64,000 nucleotides of DNA from a virus (lineage: Duplodnaviria > Heunggongvirae > Uroviricota > Caudoviricetes). A program made the translations under genes and the position numbers. The stretch lies in the IMG/VR virus record IMGVR_UViG_3300043438_000976, positions 36,027 through 100,026 of that record; one strand, given 5' to 3'. Below, one piece after another: positions 1-13,600 of this stretch. Each line of letters opens with the position of its first letter. Within the stretch, counting starts at the first letter, position 1. The notes below the pieces were generated by a model that had not been told where the DNA came from, ran no database searches, and was given only the letters and a program-made list of their open reading frames with translations.

Positions 1-1848
1 TGTAGCACCTGTTGCTCCAAACGCTCCGGTAGTGCCTTGAATACCTGTAGCACCTGTACTACCGAACTCACCAACGGCACCTGTAGCACCGATGAATCCA
101 GTTGCACCAGTTGAACCTGTGGCACCCAGACCAGTTGAACCTGTTAATCCGGTTGCTCCTGTTGATCCTTGATCACCTTGCGGTCCAGTTGAACCTGAAG
201 CACCTTGACCGGTGGCACCGTTTTGTCCCTGTGGGCCTGTAGCACCCTGTGCACCGGTTGCACCTGTAGCACCAGATCCTGTAGCACCTGCTGGACCAGT
301 AGCACCAGTAGCACCTGTTGCTCCAATAGCACCTGTCGCTCCAGTTGCACCTGCTCCGGTTGCACCAGTTGATCCCTGAGCACCAGTAGCACCAATATTT
401 CCTTCAGATCCTTGAGGTCCAGTAGAACCTGTGCCGCCTTGCAATCCAGTTGCACCAGTAGATCCAATTTCTCCCTGAGCACCTGTTGCTCCTTGACCTG
501 CAAACGTTCCAGGAATGCCTTGGGGCCCAGTAGCACCTTGAGGACCAGTAGCACCTGTAGCACCTGTAGCACCTGTTGAACCAACTGGCCCAGTTGCACC
601 TGTAGCACCTGTAGCACCAGTTGATCCAATATTTCCTGTAGCACCTGTACTACCACTACCTGTTGCCCCTTGAAGTCCAGTAGCACCGGTAGCACCAGTA
701 GATCCAATTTCTCCCTGAGCACCTGTAGCACCTGCACCAGTAGCACCTTGAGGTCCAGTAGCACCGGTAGCACCAGTAGATCCAATACCCGTTGCTCCGG
801 TAGCACCATCCGGTCCTGTAGAACCTCTAGCACCTTGTCCGCCGACTAATGTTATAGTCCATGCTTGGAATGTTCCTGCACCAAAGCTAGTTAACGGTCT
901 AATAGTGAGCTGATCTCCAATAAAACTTTCAACAATGCCGTCAAAGTTTGATAAAATATCAGCGTCCGCAGTAGCCCTTACTCTAGAACTTACTGTATAC
1001 GCTACAGTACTAGACGATAAATGAGTTACGAAAGTTACAGTGTTTAAACTGATAGTTGCAGTAGTTTGAGAATACAAAGGAATGAAACCAACTCCGGTTG
1101 CACCTGTGCTACCACTACCAGTTGCACCAGTTGCACCGTCTACGCCCGGCAATCCGCTTGCACCAGTAGACCCTTGACCTGCAAATGTGCCAGGAATGCC
1201 TTGGGCACCAGTTGCACCGGTTAAGCCTGTAGCACCTGGCCCGCCAGTAAATCCGGTAGCACCGGTGGCACCCTGATACCCAGTTGCACCCGTAGCACCG
1301 ACTGAACCAGTTGCTCCCGTTTCTCCAACAGCACCACCAGGACTTGCTGATACCCAAACAGAACCGTTGTAAGTAAACAGTTGTCCTGTTTCTTGAGTAT
1401 CAAGCCACATGTCCCCAGCCGCTGCCACCGATGGTCTTGAAGTTGAAATTACTGCGGTCAGTCTAGGACCAGTTGCACCAGTCGATCCTCTAGTGCCAGT
1501 TGCACCCCGAGCACCAGTTGCACCCATTGAAACTACATTGACTACACCTTCAACAATTTCTAAACCGTCGCCTACTATAATTGTTCCTAGAGTAGAAGTA
1601 GTTGCAGTAGTAGCAACAGTTGTTACATTTAAAAATCCTTCTTGGTCAATATTTAAACCATCGCCAATTTTAATTCCGCCAATAGTGCTAGTAGTTGCCG
1701 TTGACACATTGAATGTGACTAATTCATTATTAATGAATTCGCCTAACTGCCCTACAGTCATCTGTTTAGTTAGGTTGCCGTCAGCAACAGGCATACTAGT
1801 TGCCGTTGTTATTGAACCAATAACGGGTAGATTACTAATGGTACTCAT
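1..1848 (-). CDS. Collagen-like (Gly-X-Y) virion fibre protein, partial (runs off the left edge)
   Basis: ATG at 1848 overlaps the upstream TGA. It reads [12 protein letters not shown]..., with long GAT/GST/GPQ triplet runs and no stop before position 1. It is absent from the ORF track because it is truncated. Confidence 0.9.
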   Translation of the reverse strand, partial: MSTISNLPVIGSITTATSMPVADGNLTKQMTVGQLGEFINNELVTFNVSTATTSTIGGIKIGDGLNIDQEGFLNVTTVATTATTSTLGTIIVGDGLEIVEGVVNVVSMGATGARGATGTRGSTGATGPRLTAVISTSRPSVAAAGDMWLDTQETGQLFTYNGSVWVSASPGGAVGETGATGSVGATGATGYQGATGATGFTGGPGATGLTGATGAQGIPGTFAGQGSTGASGLPGVDGATGATGSGSTGATGVGFIPLYSQTTATISLNTVTFVTHLSSSTVAYTVSSRVRATADADILSNFDGIVESFIGDQLTIRPLTSFGAGTFQAWTITLVGGQGARGSTGPDGATGATGIGSTGATGATGPQGATGAGATGAQGEIGSTGATGATGLQGATGSGSTGATGNIGSTGATGATGATGPVGSTGATGATGATGPQGATGPQGIPGTFAGQGATGAQGEIGSTGATGLQGGTGSTGPQGSEGNIGATGAQGSTGATGAGATGATGAIGATGATGATGPAGATGSGATGATGAQGATGPQGQNGATGQGASGSTGPQGDQGSTGATGLTGSTGLGATGSTGATGFIGATGAVGEFGSTGATGIQGTTGAFGATGAT

Positions 1849-4382
1849 TTAACTAAACACTCCACAATGCCTGAACCGTTTTCTAATGCAAATGCAAATG
1901 GTTGTCGGCCATTGCTAGTTGTACTGCCTTTGCCATCCATGTACGGCCAAATAGGTTCGCCTTTTAACACGTACCCTTCTACTTTAACTGGTACACGACC
2001 AGTTAACGCAATATATGTTCCGCCTTCTAATTCACTATTCATCATATATGCAGGCTTACCGGAGACTACACCGATAACATAACAGTCACTAGTTGTTACC
2101 GCGGTAACTTCTGCAATGCCACCAACTGTCATCACAGTACCGACTGAGTATTCTCGGTCTGTTAGATATTTTTCTGCCAAGTCAGCATACACTGCAACAG
2201 TAGCAGTTCCTCTAAAGAACGATCCTCTAATATCACCTAGGTCATCTCTTGCAACAATAGTAGCAGTAATATTATCTTCATATCCTTTAGCATAGTATGT
2301 AAATCCGCCTGCATAAGGCACAATTTCTAAAGCTGCGGCCTGTGCATTACTCGAACCAGTAGCACCAGTTAATCCAGTGGCACCAGTTGATCCTTGAGCA
2401 CCAGTTGCACCCGATGATCCTTGAGCACCTGTGGCACCTGTGGCACCATCATATCCAGCAGGCCCAGTAGACCCCCACAAACCAGTTGATCCTGTACTTC
2501 CTGGAAGTCCGATATCTCCTTGTGGACCAGTTGCTCCCATTGATCCAGTTGCACCAGTTGCTCCGGTCGCACCTGTTGATCCTATTCCAGTAGCACCAGT
2601 AGCACCCATTACACCTTCTGCTCCAGTTGCACCTGTAGCCCCACTAGGACCAGTAGCACCGGTTATTGGACCAACACTTATTACGGAAGCATCGCTTAAT
2701 GTAAATTCAATTATTGTATTGCTAGAAGTTAATGTAGCAGTGGTAATATATTTGCCTTGAGGACCAGTTGCACCAGTAGCACCAGATGCTCCTTCACTGC
2801 CTTGTAAACCGACTGCTCCGGTAGCCCCAGCCGGCCCTGTCGCACCTGTCGCACCTGTAGTTCCCGGTATACTTGGACCTTCTGAACCAGTAGCACCTGC
2901 AGGACCAGTAGCACCGGTTGCACCGGTTGCACCTGTAGTTCCTAACGGGCCAGTTGCACCTGTGCTGCCTTGTAATCCAGTAGCACCTGTTGCACCTGTT
3001 GCTCCAATGGCACCTGTTGCACCTGTAGCACCTTGTCCTGTAGCACCTGTAGCACCCGGCTCTCCTTGGTTACCAGTAGCACCTGTGGCACCAGTTGAAC
3101 CAATGCCTGTAGCACCAGTTGAGCCTAACTCGCCTTGAATACCAGTTGCACCGGTAGCACCGTCACCGCCAATTGGTCCAGTTGAACCAGTAGCACCGTC
3201 TGGACCGGTAGCACCGTCTGCTCCGGTTGCACCTGTAGCACCTAATCCAGTTGATCCTTGCGGACCAGTTGCACCTGTAGCACCTCGGAGTCCGGTAGCA
3301 CCAGTAGCACCAAAGTTACCTGTAGCACCTGTTGATCCTAACGGACCAGTTGCACCTGTTGTACCTAAGTCGCCAGTCGGTCCTTGAATGCCAGTAGCAC
3401 CAGTTGCACCAAAATTGCCAGTAGCCCCAGTTCCGCCAACTGGTCCAGTAGCACCCGGACTGCCTATACCAGTTGCACCTGTAGTTCCTTGTCCAGTAGC
3501 ACCAGTTGCACCTGCACCGCCAAATGGTGCACCTGCACTCCAGTTACCATCTCCGTTTTGTTTAATGTATAATGTTCCGGTACCTAGTTCTAAAAATGCA
3601 AAACCAAACGGACGATCATCATATTGACTTCGTTCGTCGTACGGAGTTGGCCAATACCCTACAGCATCAATAACAAATGGCTGACCAATTTCCCCTGTTG
3701 CACCTGTAGCACCTTCGCCTGTAGCACCAGTTGAACCAATTGGTCCAGTTGAACCCGTACCGCCTTGACCTGCAAATGTTCCAGCAATACCAGTAGCACC
3801 TTGGGGTCCTGTAGAACCTGTTGATCCTTGAGCACCAGTTGCACCTGTACCGCCTTGGCCGGGAATACCTTGTTGACCAGTGGAACCAGTACCGCCTTGG
3901 AATGCTGCTATTCCGGGAATACCCTGGAGACCGGTTGCACCTTGTTCACCGGTTGCACCTTGGGCACCTGTAGAACCAGTAGCACCGCTACCAGTAGCAC
4001 CTGCACTACCTGTAGCACCTGCACTACCAGCAGGCCCTTGACTTCCGGTTGCACCAGTTGCACCCATAAATGCAGCAGTACCTGGGATACCTTGCGGACC
4101 AGTAGCACCAGTTCCTCCGGGATAGCCAATATCACCTTTTGGACCAGTAGATCCAGTTGAACCACCTTGCCCCGTAGCACCAGTTGATCCGCTGCCTGTG
4201 GCACCTCGTAGACCAATCGGTCCAGTGGCTCCGCTAGCACCTACCGCAGTTTCTCTACTAAAAAATGTTCCTAATGTTTCTACAGTTACATAGTATGTTT
4301 GTCTGGTAGAAGTATCCGCTACTGGTATCAGAACAGCATTGGTTAGTGTGTTTAACGGTGGTAAATTACTTATTGTGCTCAT
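1845..4382 (-). CDS. Collagen-like fibre protein with C-terminal intramolecular chaperone/autocleavage (Peptidase_G2-like) domain
   Basis: 845 aa with extensive GATGATG repeats. The C-terminal YADLAEKY...GTV...IGVVS...[10 protein letters not shown] is shared with the 2161-aa protein, and the N-terminus MSTISNLP is shared with the neighbouring collagen gene. Confidence 0.85.
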   Translation of the reverse strand: MSTISNLPPLNTLTNAVLIPVADTSTRQTYYVTVETLGTFFSRETAVGASGATGPIGLRGATGSGSTGATGQGGSTGSTGPKGDIGYPGGTGATGPQGIPGTAAFMGATGATGSQGPAGSAGATGSAGATGSGATGSTGAQGATGEQGATGLQGIPGIAAFQGGTGSTGQQGIPGQGGTGATGAQGSTGSTGPQGATGIAGTFAGQGGTGSTGPIGSTGATGEGATGATGEIGQPFVIDAVGYWPTPYDERSQYDDRPFGFAFLELGTGTLYIKQNGDGNWSAGAPFGGAGATGATGQGTTGATGIGSPGATGPVGGTGATGNFGATGATGIQGPTGDLGTTGATGPLGSTGATGNFGATGATGLRGATGATGPQGSTGLGATGATGADGATGPDGATGSTGPIGGDGATGATGIQGELGSTGATGIGSTGATGATGNQGEPGATGATGQGATGATGAIGATGATGATGLQGSTGATGPLGTTGATGATGATGPAGATGSEGPSIPGTTGATGATGPAGATGAVGLQGSEGASGATGATGPQGKYITTATLTSSNTIIEFTLSDASVISVGPITGATGPSGATGATGAEGVMGATGATGIGSTGATGATGATGSMGATGPQGDIGLPGSTGSTGLWGSTGPAGYDGATGATGAQGSSGATGAQGSTGATGLTGATGSSNAQAAALEIVPYAGGFTYYAKGYEDNITATIVARDDLGDIRGSFFRGTATVAVYADLAEKYLTDREYSVGTVMTVGGIAEVTAVTTSDCYVIGVVSGKPAYMMNSELEGGTYIALTGRVPVKVEGYVLKGEPIWPYMDGKGSTTSNGRQPFAFALENGSGIVECLVK

Positions 4383-4385
4383 CTT

Positions 4386-7115
4386 TTATTCAACTAGTAG
4401 TGCGTTTCCATCAGAGTCAGTAATAATGATACCGTCTGGACCAGCCAGCACATTTAATGGTTGTACATCATCAACATTCTTAATTGGGAACTTGAGATAT
4501 TTATCGCCACTGTAATCTAGTGTTTGATCAATAATTAATCTATCAACTTCGAAATCAATTAACTTAAAGTCAAATCCATTAAGCTCAATCTTTCTTTTAA
4601 TTTTATAGCCTTCGCCGGGTAATGCATAACAAATTGGCATCGCTTTAATAAATCCTAAAGGTGCTCCAGTTGCCTGTTGAATAGTACTCATAAATCTAGG
4701 ACGTAAATATTCGTCTACTTTAATAGTTTCGCCGTATATTTGAACGCTTTCTAGACTCTTTTGCCAGTTTTCAACGCTATTACTGTATAAATTAACCAGT
4801 CCCTGATTAATCAAGAAACTGATATTATCCGGACTTTTCCCTAATGTATTACTTTGGCTGTCAATAATGTCAACGTAGACAAAGTCGTAAACATAATTTC
4901 CTTGAGCGTCTTCTGCAGGAATTGTCTTGACATCTCCAAAATAGAATCTCTTATTGTAGAAATAATTCTGTAGCCCTAAAACGTATTCAGCTAAGTTTAA
5001 TCGCTCAATGCCGTACTCTAAAGTCATTCGAATATCTTTTTGTAGCCCGAATGCTGGATCCGATGGTCGGTATAATACCTTTGGATCGAATACATCTCTA
5101 TTGTTAATAAAATCTCTATAGACTTTTCTTCTATGTCGTGCCATGAACGGTCTCATGTACACGCTGCTAAACGGAGTTGGATCGTTGTCTCCAATAAGAA
5201 TTGTAAACTCTTGATCAATTGTTGCCAGTCGATAGGCATTAGTAGCTTCTACTGTAAACGTATATGCACGGTCAAATGTAGTTCCGCCACCATCGATGGT
5301 AAATTCTGTAGGTTGGTAGTAATCAACTTCAGTAGTTCCACCATAAGGAATTTTCCCCACAATACTTCCGTCATTCTTAAATTCTAAACCTGCAGGTAAT
5401 TCACCTTGTACAAATCTGTATTGAATTCCTAAGTCGGGTAAATTTTCATGTTGTGCTACTACTGATAGCTCACTTTGATATCCTGCTGCAATTGTTCCTA
5501 CGGTAGAGGTAGTAATCCATTGTAAATCAGTGTTTACACTGCCTTGTAGTCTTAATTGAAATACTCTATCGCTTTTACTTTGATCTCCGGTCTTAGGATC
5601 AGTTTTAATCATCCTAATAGTAAATTTGTAATCTTCACTATATGCAGGTATGTACGGAATTTGTCCGTATAGGTCTCCAGACGTTTCATTTAAATTAAAT
5701 CCGGGCGGCTTTTGACTCTCACTTCCAACGAATAGAATAGTATTATCTGGAATGTCGTCTCTTAGTGTAGTGTCATATACTACCGTATCGCCTACAAGTA
5801 CTGGACTATGTTTAATACCAACTACACAAGTTGAAGTAGTTCCTGTCACTGAACTGATTGTATAAGTAGTATCGTATATTGCATCGGGCACATATGTGTC
5901 CAATCTAAGCAATTGTCCAACTTGAGGCAAGCTAGACAAGCTCTTTAAATGCACCTCACTCATACCAGCACGGTTATACTTAGGTAAGAAGTCTGCACTT
6001 TCCCAATCCGTTCCGTTCCACACATAGCTAACAGTTTCATCTACTACATTGTACAAATCACCGATGGTATTAACTAACGGTAACTCAGCAAACGTATCAA
6101 CTACACCTCTTACAGTTACAGGTAAGCCACTTGGTCCTGTATTGTACTGAGTATCAGCAATAGCTCGTACTTCCGGATTTACACTAATATTATCCCAGAT
6201 CCAATTAACTGCACCTAGTTCAGGGTGCGGATCATATGTTTGTATTCTAACAATTTGATAGTTCGCGGCACGACGAATACCCAAGTTCGCCGGACTTAGC
6301 CAAGCAGGTGCATACAAGTAACTGTCGCCTGCTTGAAAACATCTTGCATCTGCTGAAATATACCCAGTGTCTGCACGTAAGCTGTTTACATCAACAACTT
6401 GCAATTTAAATAATTTACGACTGCTATTAAAACTGTCAGTGGCAGTTACATAGAATTGATAAATTTTCTTAATGTATTTTGGACGATTAGTTTTATTTTC
6501 AATAATGAAAGCACTATCATACGGATAACGGTCATATTTTTCAGTGTCGTATCCGTTGCCTGAAACTCCAACCGGCTCTTCTTGCACAGTTATTTCATCA
6601 ATAACGCCAGTTAATCTACCGTCTTCAGTTAATTTAATCCCTTTGGGTAGTTGCCCGTCTCCGTCTGCAATGTAATATCTTAGTTTCATATTTTCAAACA
6701 AGACATTAGCTACAGCAGACAATTGATAATCTACAATATGTTCGTTTACTGCAAAACACTCACCACTGGTTCCTACTGCTAGGAATCCGCTAGGAGTTAC
6801 CCATACTGGATCTTGATTGCTAGTTACATCTACTGAAAACGTACGGTCAGCTACACCCTGTGCATTTTTTGCACGAACTACAAATTGACTTCTAATTGTA
6901 GAAGGCACGCTCATAGGGTTTCCAATAATAAACCCAGTTGTAGTAGTCGACGTAGCAGTAGTTACTAATTGTAAAACCATTCCGTCCGGAAGCTTCCCGC
7001 TTATAACACTGAATGTAGATCCAGTGCCTTCAACTGAAAATGGTATATTAATAGCAGTTCGTTCTGTTAACGTGCCCAGGAACCCCGCATTGGTAATCCA
7101 TACTGGTGCTGTCAT
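4386..7115 (-). CDS. Virion structural protein with putative Ig (He_PIG-like) repeats, probable baseplate component
   Basis: 909 aa with repeated G.LP.G+.L...G.+.G motifs (GKLPDGMVL, GQLPKGIKLTEDGRLTG, GELPAGLEFKNDGSIVG); lies in the structural operon. Confidence 0.65.
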   Translation of the reverse strand: MTAPVWITNAGFLGTLTERTAINIPFSVEGTGSTFSVISGKLPDGMVLQLVTTATSTTTTGFIIGNPMSVPSTIRSQFVVRAKNAQGVADRTFSVDVTSNQDPVWVTPSGFLAVGTSGECFAVNEHIVDYQLSAVANVLFENMKLRYYIADGDGQLPKGIKLTEDGRLTGVIDEITVQEEPVGVSGNGYDTEKYDRYPYDSAFIIENKTNRPKYIKKIYQFYVTATDSFNSSRKLFKLQVVDVNSLRADTGYISADARCFQAGDSYLYAPAWLSPANLGIRRAANYQIVRIQTYDPHPELGAVNWIWDNISVNPEVRAIADTQYNTGPSGLPVTVRGVVDTFAELPLVNTIGDLYNVVDETVSYVWNGTDWESADFLPKYNRAGMSEVHLKSLSSLPQVGQLLRLDTYVPDAIYDTTYTISSVTGTTSTCVVGIKHSPVLVGDTVVYDTTLRDDIPDNTILFVGSESQKPPGFNLNETSGDLYGQIPYIPAYSEDYKFTIRMIKTDPKTGDQSKSDRVFQLRLQGSVNTDLQWITTSTVGTIAAGYQSELSVVAQHENLPDLGIQYRFVQGELPAGLEFKNDGSIVGKIPYGGTTEVDYYQPTEFTIDGGGTTFDRAYTFTVEATNAYRLATIDQEFTILIGDNDPTPFSSVYMRPFMARHRRKVYRDFINNRDVFDPKVLYRPSDPAFGLQKDIRMTLEYGIERLNLAEYVLGLQNYFYNKRFYFGDVKTIPAEDAQGNYVYDFVYVDIIDSQSNTLGKSPDNISFLINQGLVNLYSNSVENWQKSLESVQIYGETIKVDEYLRPRFMSTIQQATGAPLGFIKAMPICYALPGEGYKIKRKIELNGFDFKLIDFEVDRLIIDQTLDYSGDKYLKFPIKNVDDVQPLNVLAGPDGIIITDSDGNALLVE

Positions 7116-7116
7116 A

Positions 7117-7641
7117 TTATAACCTAAACAAACTTACTTGAGCACGCCAAGAAATTACATTAGTAGCAGTTAGTCCGGAAACATTATAGGCCTGTACTCT
7201 CACTCGATTGTCATAGATTGATGTATCTACAATGTCCCAGTTGGCATTATTGGTGCTACCGTTTTCAAATAAGCTCACAATTCCTGTACCTAACACATGA
7301 CTGGTAGTGCTATTCCAGGTTACCATATAGCTACTTCCGGAATCCTGTGTATCAGTAGTTTGGTTCTCTGCTAGAATATCTATGCTAGCACCTCTATATA
7401 TTCTTTTATCAAATTCAAAAAGTTGCACAGCCGTAGAGTTGTCGCCCGGTAAGGTAAATGTGCCACCAAATGATTGTAGTTCAATTGCAGGCACTTCACC
7501 ACTATCGCTGATAACAACAGATGACGTACTGGAACTTTGAACTTGTGAAAAGTTTTGATTAATTTTGTGGAATGCTACTCGGAGACTATCACCGTCTCCT
7601 TTGTTTGCACTTGTTCCAGTGTTGATGTATTGTAATGCCAT
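7117..7641 (-). CDS. Small structural protein with T4 gp9/gp10-like N-terminal motif
   Basis: INTGTSANKGDGDSLRVAFHKINQNF matches the IniG..anDgtGD.lr.af.KiN.NF baseplate motif. Confidence 0.65.
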   Translation of the reverse strand: MALQYINTGTSANKGDGDSLRVAFHKINQNFSQVQSSSTSSVVISDSGEVPAIELQSFGGTFTLPGDNSTAVQLFEFDKRIYRGASIDILAENQTTDTQDSGSSYMVTWNSTTSHVLGTGIVSLFENGSTNNANWDIVDTSIYDNRVRVQAYNVSGLTATNVISWRAQVSLFRL

Positions 7642-10600
7642 TAAATTCTCCCTACTACAACTTCAATGACGCCAATTGTTTGACTATCATAATCTTCTAA
7701 TGCTTTGCCAATTACTGAACCCATTGCAGGATTCTTTTCAGCAGTTGCAACACCCGGAGCACCACTAGAAATTAACATATCGCCTTTGCGTACTTTACCT
7801 ACAACTTTACATGGAACACGACCAGTAAGTGCAATAAAGACGCCACCTTCTAGTTCGGCATTCATTTTGAACGCCGGATTAGTTGCAACCACGCCGGCGA
7901 TCCTGCGGTCCATGAATTCTACCGCAGCAGTAACTTCTTTTGCACCGCCAAATACTACAACAGTACCTGGCTCATAATGTGCATCTGGCAAATATTTTTC
8001 TGCCAAGTCACCGTATTTTGCATAGTAAGCAGTGCCATAAACTGTTCCAAACAAGTTATCACTTTGACCAATGTCGCCAGTTCCGTTAGTGCCGCTCTTT
8101 GTGATGCTCGGAACAGTCGGAGTACCGGTTATGTTACCGCTAAATGTTGCAGTAACGGTCCCTGCACTAAAATTGCCACTACCGTCTCTAAAGACCAGTG
8201 TACTTGCACTATTAGAACTTGTACCGTTTGAAGTAACGGTGAATGTTTGAGTTTCTCCTGTTGTGCTACCGCTTAGACCATATCCGCTAGTTGCACCAGT
8301 AGATACATAATCTCCAGTTGTATCAGTACCTAATGCAACACTATTGTTTGATATAGTAGTCACAATGTTGATACCACCTGCACCAGAGAAACTAGCACTA
8401 CCAGTAACATCACCGCTAAGTTGAATAGTTACCGCAGCATCTAAGCTCTGTGCAGTAGTTGCAGTACCTTGGAATCTGTTCGCATAGACATTAACGTATC
8501 GCTTGCCATTTTCACCAATGTCGTATGTTAAGTTAGCACTAGGTTCTAACTTTTGAGTAACTAACGTACCTACCATAGTGTCGCCACTGGTATTGATATA
8601 GTTTAGGTTAGCCCATTGTCTGTTAACAGCATCTTTATCAGCTGCTGGATCGGCCATATTAACAATACGGTTGTCGCCCATCTTGATAGTATCGAGCATT
8701 TCTAAAACGCCGCCACGATCTAAGAATCCATTACCGATTGGACTGACACCTGCGGTAGTATTGTTTCTGTTTAGGCCTAATCTACTATTAACATATGTTT
8801 GTATAGCACGTTCAGTTGGAACGCTGTTATTACTGTTGCCGCCTAACGTACCGTCTACGCTAAACACCTGTACAAGAGTCTGCCCACGTTTAAAGCTAAT
8901 GCCATCAACGTTAGTTAAACTAATCGGAGCACTGATACTCACAGTACCGCGACCTTGGTCTACGCTGAAGAACTTACCAACTTTAAAGTTACCGTCTTGG
9001 TCAGTAGTGGCATAGTATACACGACCTTTTCCTACCTCTTGAGTTTCTAATGCCGAGTCTGGAGGATTGCTTGGAGGGCCGTATAAATCGTTTGGATACT
9101 TACTGTCAGCATAGCCTCCTGTACCTACGTTCAACATGTCGTGTCCGGTAACACGCATTGTAGAAATACGTACAGTAATATCACCCGGTTGATTAGATGT
9201 AATACCTGCTTTTAATGCTGTAGCCAAAACTTGATGTTGTAATGTAGCACCATCACTAACTCTCTCAACAACAATTTCTCCCCATTCATTATAAGTTTCG
9301 TCGCTGTTAATATAATCTGTAATTTTATACAAATTACCTGCATGACCAAATATATAATAGTAAGGAGTACTTGCAGTTAATCCCGCACCTATCCTTGCCT
9401 GATCATCTGCGTCAAGGTCTACAACTTTGATCCTGTTATTACCAGTTTCGCCATCTGGGTAAGCTGTTACAGTAGCTGTGGCAGATCCTCCAGTAATCGT
9501 GATATTACTAACACTGGTTCCGGCGTAGCCTGCACCCTGATTAGTTAAAATAACTTTAAAAATTTGTCCACTGCTGTTAGCCTTGCCGTAACCAACTGCC
9601 TGTGTTCCGGAGAATGTTAGGCCAGTACTGTTAGGCCATGTCCATGTTCGGTCAACTCTAATCTGTGTAGAACTAGAATTAACCCAAGTTACATAAGTTG
9701 CAGCACCGTTAGGATCAGCACCACCAGATGTTAAAGTTACACGACTACCTATCATTATAGTGCCGCTTGCACCACTGATAGTAATTAAATCAGTATCTGT
9801 TGCAGTGCCATTAACTGATGCAGTTCCTGCGGTACTTGGTGCAGGAATTGTTGCAGTATAGTTTGTGGTAGTCGAACCAAATCCAGCACCGCCGCTGGTA
9901 ATTGTTAATTTGCCTAAGCCTTGTCTGTATAAACCGTTACTCTCAGTCCACGGAGTTAGGTTAATATAGTTGTAAGGAGTATCACTTTCTGCAAGTGCAG
10001 TATCTCCGCCAAGGTCTGAATATTTTAATACACGATATACGTATGTTGGATCTTCGTCTAAAGTCAATACAGTACTAGGACGGCTTAATGTTGCTGCATT
10101 TACATCTAATAATTCTTGATTGTAGTATATGCGTAACGTGGCTTTCTCACCGTTTGCAATAGCTGCCCTTAGTCCCTGTCCTTGCCCGTCATCTAATGAT
10201 AGAGAATACACGGTACTATCAAATGTATCTTGTACTGCACTCTTGACATTATAAAGGACAACAGTTCCACTATGGTTAACTTCAAGTTGACTTTGTGCAA
10301 TAGGTGCATAAGACAACCCAGTTACATACAAGGTTGCATCTTCAGCTTTGTTTGTGTATGTGCCTGCTGCGGTAATTGTGGCAATCTGGCTAGTAGAACG
10401 TTTGTTTCTAACTGCAATTGGAACCTCTGTTGGATCGCTCCCCTCTGACTTAAGACCATTTAGACCGTAGGAAGTAGAACCAGCAATACTACGACATTGA
10501 GCACCATTTAAAGAATAGTACGCACTATAGCAGTAGTAAGTAAACATGGAAACGTTTTCTACTAAACCGCCGTTAGTTGCAAAAATACCGTAGCCTAAGT

Positions 10601-13600
10601 CGTTGATCTGTGTGAAGTCGTTAGCCAACATACTTCTATTACCAGCTGTGATTAATGTGATCTCGCTTGGTAAAGGATGTGCTGCGGTAACAATGAATCC
10701 AGGTTTAACTGTGGCCACATATGCTAACCCAGTACCAAATGTTACTGCCGGATCTGAATTATAGCCGCTGCCTGCTGTTCCAATAGTAATTGCAGTAATT
10801 GTACCATTGCCGTCTACACTGGCCACTGTTGCGGCAGCACTTGTACCACCGGAACTTGGGAAATTAATAACTGTGCCAACTGCGTATCCAACACCACCGT
10901 CGATAATTTCGTAACCAGTAATTGCACCTGAACTATTTCTAGTCCAACTAATTCGAGCACCACCAATAACAATATTTGGGCAACCTTGAGTAGTTCCGAA
11001 CGTGAATAATCCGTTTGTATACCCTGATCCTGGGAAGGATACAGAAACACTAGATACATTACCCGAAACTCCAATCACCGCAGTACCTGTTGCATTTAGA
11101 CCACCTGCCTGTGTCGGAGCACTGAATCTTACAGGTACTGTTCCTGCGTTAGCTTTAAATCCTGTAGCAATGTTTCCTGCATTAGTAATAGTGGCAATAC
11201 CACCTGGACGTAACGGATTTAAGTTTAAACTACCTGTACCGTTTGTTGGATTAAAGTTACTAACAAAGCTGACTTCGTATGTAACACCGCTATGAACAAA
11301 GAAGCAAGGCACTTGGGGACGAATATATCCTTCACCAGGCACAACACTCGGACGTCCAATGCTGCCAGTAGTCAATGCTGAATTAATTCTTACTGGATAG
11401 CCTGTTCCTGATGCAGTAGTAATGCTAGCAGGAGTCATCTTAGTATTGCCGGAGAATCCGTCAATAAACATACCACCTGCAAATACGTGCCTGTTCTTGC
11501 TCTTAGAGAAGCTAGAAGCAGTTTGAGTATATGGGGACTTGGCAAGAATTTGACCGTCTGGGTCAAGTACTTTCATGAAGCCGCCGTGTCCTTGACAACT
11601 AATATATCGATTAATTGTTGCATCGTTCATCAAGAACACATCCATTTGATCGTTATACTTGGGAGGATTAAAATCAGGATCGTTGTTGACAATGCGTGAG
11701 CAGGCCTGCACTAAGTCTGCTAAGATTAAATCAGACCCACTACTAACTAGTGTACCACCAACTGGGTCAGTGAACACTTGATCTTCGACCGCTTGATAAG
11801 AAGTAACAGGTTGTTGATTCTTAATAATTCGTTGACCAATAGTGTTAATATAGTTAATAGCCGCAACAGTCTCTGCTAGTTGGGATCCTTTAACTACTGC
11901 AACATTTCGATAGCTATCGCCTGCATTAATAGTTCTATTATTTCCACCGTTAGTTAAATCGTATGCAATTGAATCAACAATAATACCGATGTCTCTTGCA
12001 CATTTATCTTCATCAAATACAAAACTAGGGTATGTAGCATTTAGGAAGCCAATACATTCTGCTTTGATAAATTCTCGGTTGTCTAGTAGAATAGAACCGG
12101 CATTATTATAACCACCACTGTTAGTCTGAGTAGTTAATGTGTTAACTGGACGACTAGCATCTCTTAGGTAATGATATCCGTATTTGAACGGTTCATATAT
12201 ATGCCATGCACCGTAAGCAATAGTATTGCCTACTGTATAATTGTAAGCACTCTTTTCAAAATTAACTTCGTTCTGTGCTAGAGAAACTGCAAAAGTATTG
12301 CTACTTACGGCTCGAACTTCACCTTGTGCAGAAACTGCACCGGTAGTTTTGAAAATCTTTCCAATCCAATTGGTGCTAACAACTCCTGCATCTACAGTAA
12401 CAGTAACAGTTTGTGTAACTGAGTCATTATCAGTTGAGCTGATAGTAATACCTGCTGCACTTGCATAATCAGTTGCAGTGTTTAATTGTGTTACAATAAT
12501 ACCGTCAATTTGGGCATCTCTAAAGAAGTATGTATTAGCCCATTTAGAACTACTAATACCTGGAAGTCTTGTACCTTCTAAAGGTGCAGGTTTAATAACA
12601 CTTCGGCGGAATTCATCACCACGGATAGAACAGTTTTCCGGAACCTTAATTGGGTATTGATCGTTATGCTCACCCGACTCTACCATAATAGTAGATTGAT
12701 TCTTGTTCTGTTTTTGGCCCCATTGTAGCTCTTCGTTTAATTCAAAGTCGGCAGCATAGACGTGCCACTTATCATAGTCAACAACATCGCCATTTTGTAA
12801 TCCGAGACCATCTCTAAACTCAACAACAATAGTGTCTCTAACGTTTTGATCGTCGTCTAGTTCTTGAATAATTCGAGAAATATATCCATAGCTTATGACA
12901 CCGTAACTAGAATTAGTGATGACAAATTTGTAACCAATCCAAAAATCTGGAATGTCAATGCTGTCTGCTACGTCTAATAAGAACGCTACTTCGGTAATTT
13001 CACCACCACTGGTTACATACGCATTATAGCTGAACGGCTCTGGTTCAACTGCCATACGATATGGTTTAGCGTAATCAACTGGAGTAATATCATAGTATTC
13101 ATAGCCATTCACGTCATCGAGTGTAATAGCTTCAACTAGACCTACTGCTTCACTGCTTGCACCAATGATGTAGTTTCCTGGGAAAATACTTTTATTAATA
13201 AAGGGATCTGATCCAATATTAAAACTAGCTGGATCTAGTGTTAATCTTAAGCGGATACCAAAAGAGCTAGTGTCTAGCAATGTACTAGTGGTTATGTTAG
13301 TAACAACAGGATTTGCTGTGCCGTTACTCATCGAAACAGTTTTTTGGTACGGTCCTAGTACAATTTGACTTGCTGCAATAAATTGTTCTGCTGCTTCTGC
13401 GGCACGATTAACAGTTTTAAATGCATAGGCAAAGGCCCGCCCACGTTTATAGCTAGGTAAAGAATACTGATGATCGTCACCACTTAAACTAACAAAGAAG
13501 TTTTGGCGACTTGCAAAACCACTGTTGTCAACAAGTTCGTCAACATATCCTTTGTTAACAATGTGAGTAGAACTTGTAGGACTTACTAATAATTCAACAT

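Noticed and set aside
144-4240. Many alternative-frame and antisense ORFs (144-833, 1409-1852, 2431-2760, 3388-3627, 3828-4160 and others)
   Set aside because: They are by-products of the GCACCAGT/GCACCTGT codon periodicity of the collagen genes, with low-complexity V/L/Q or P/V/A translations.
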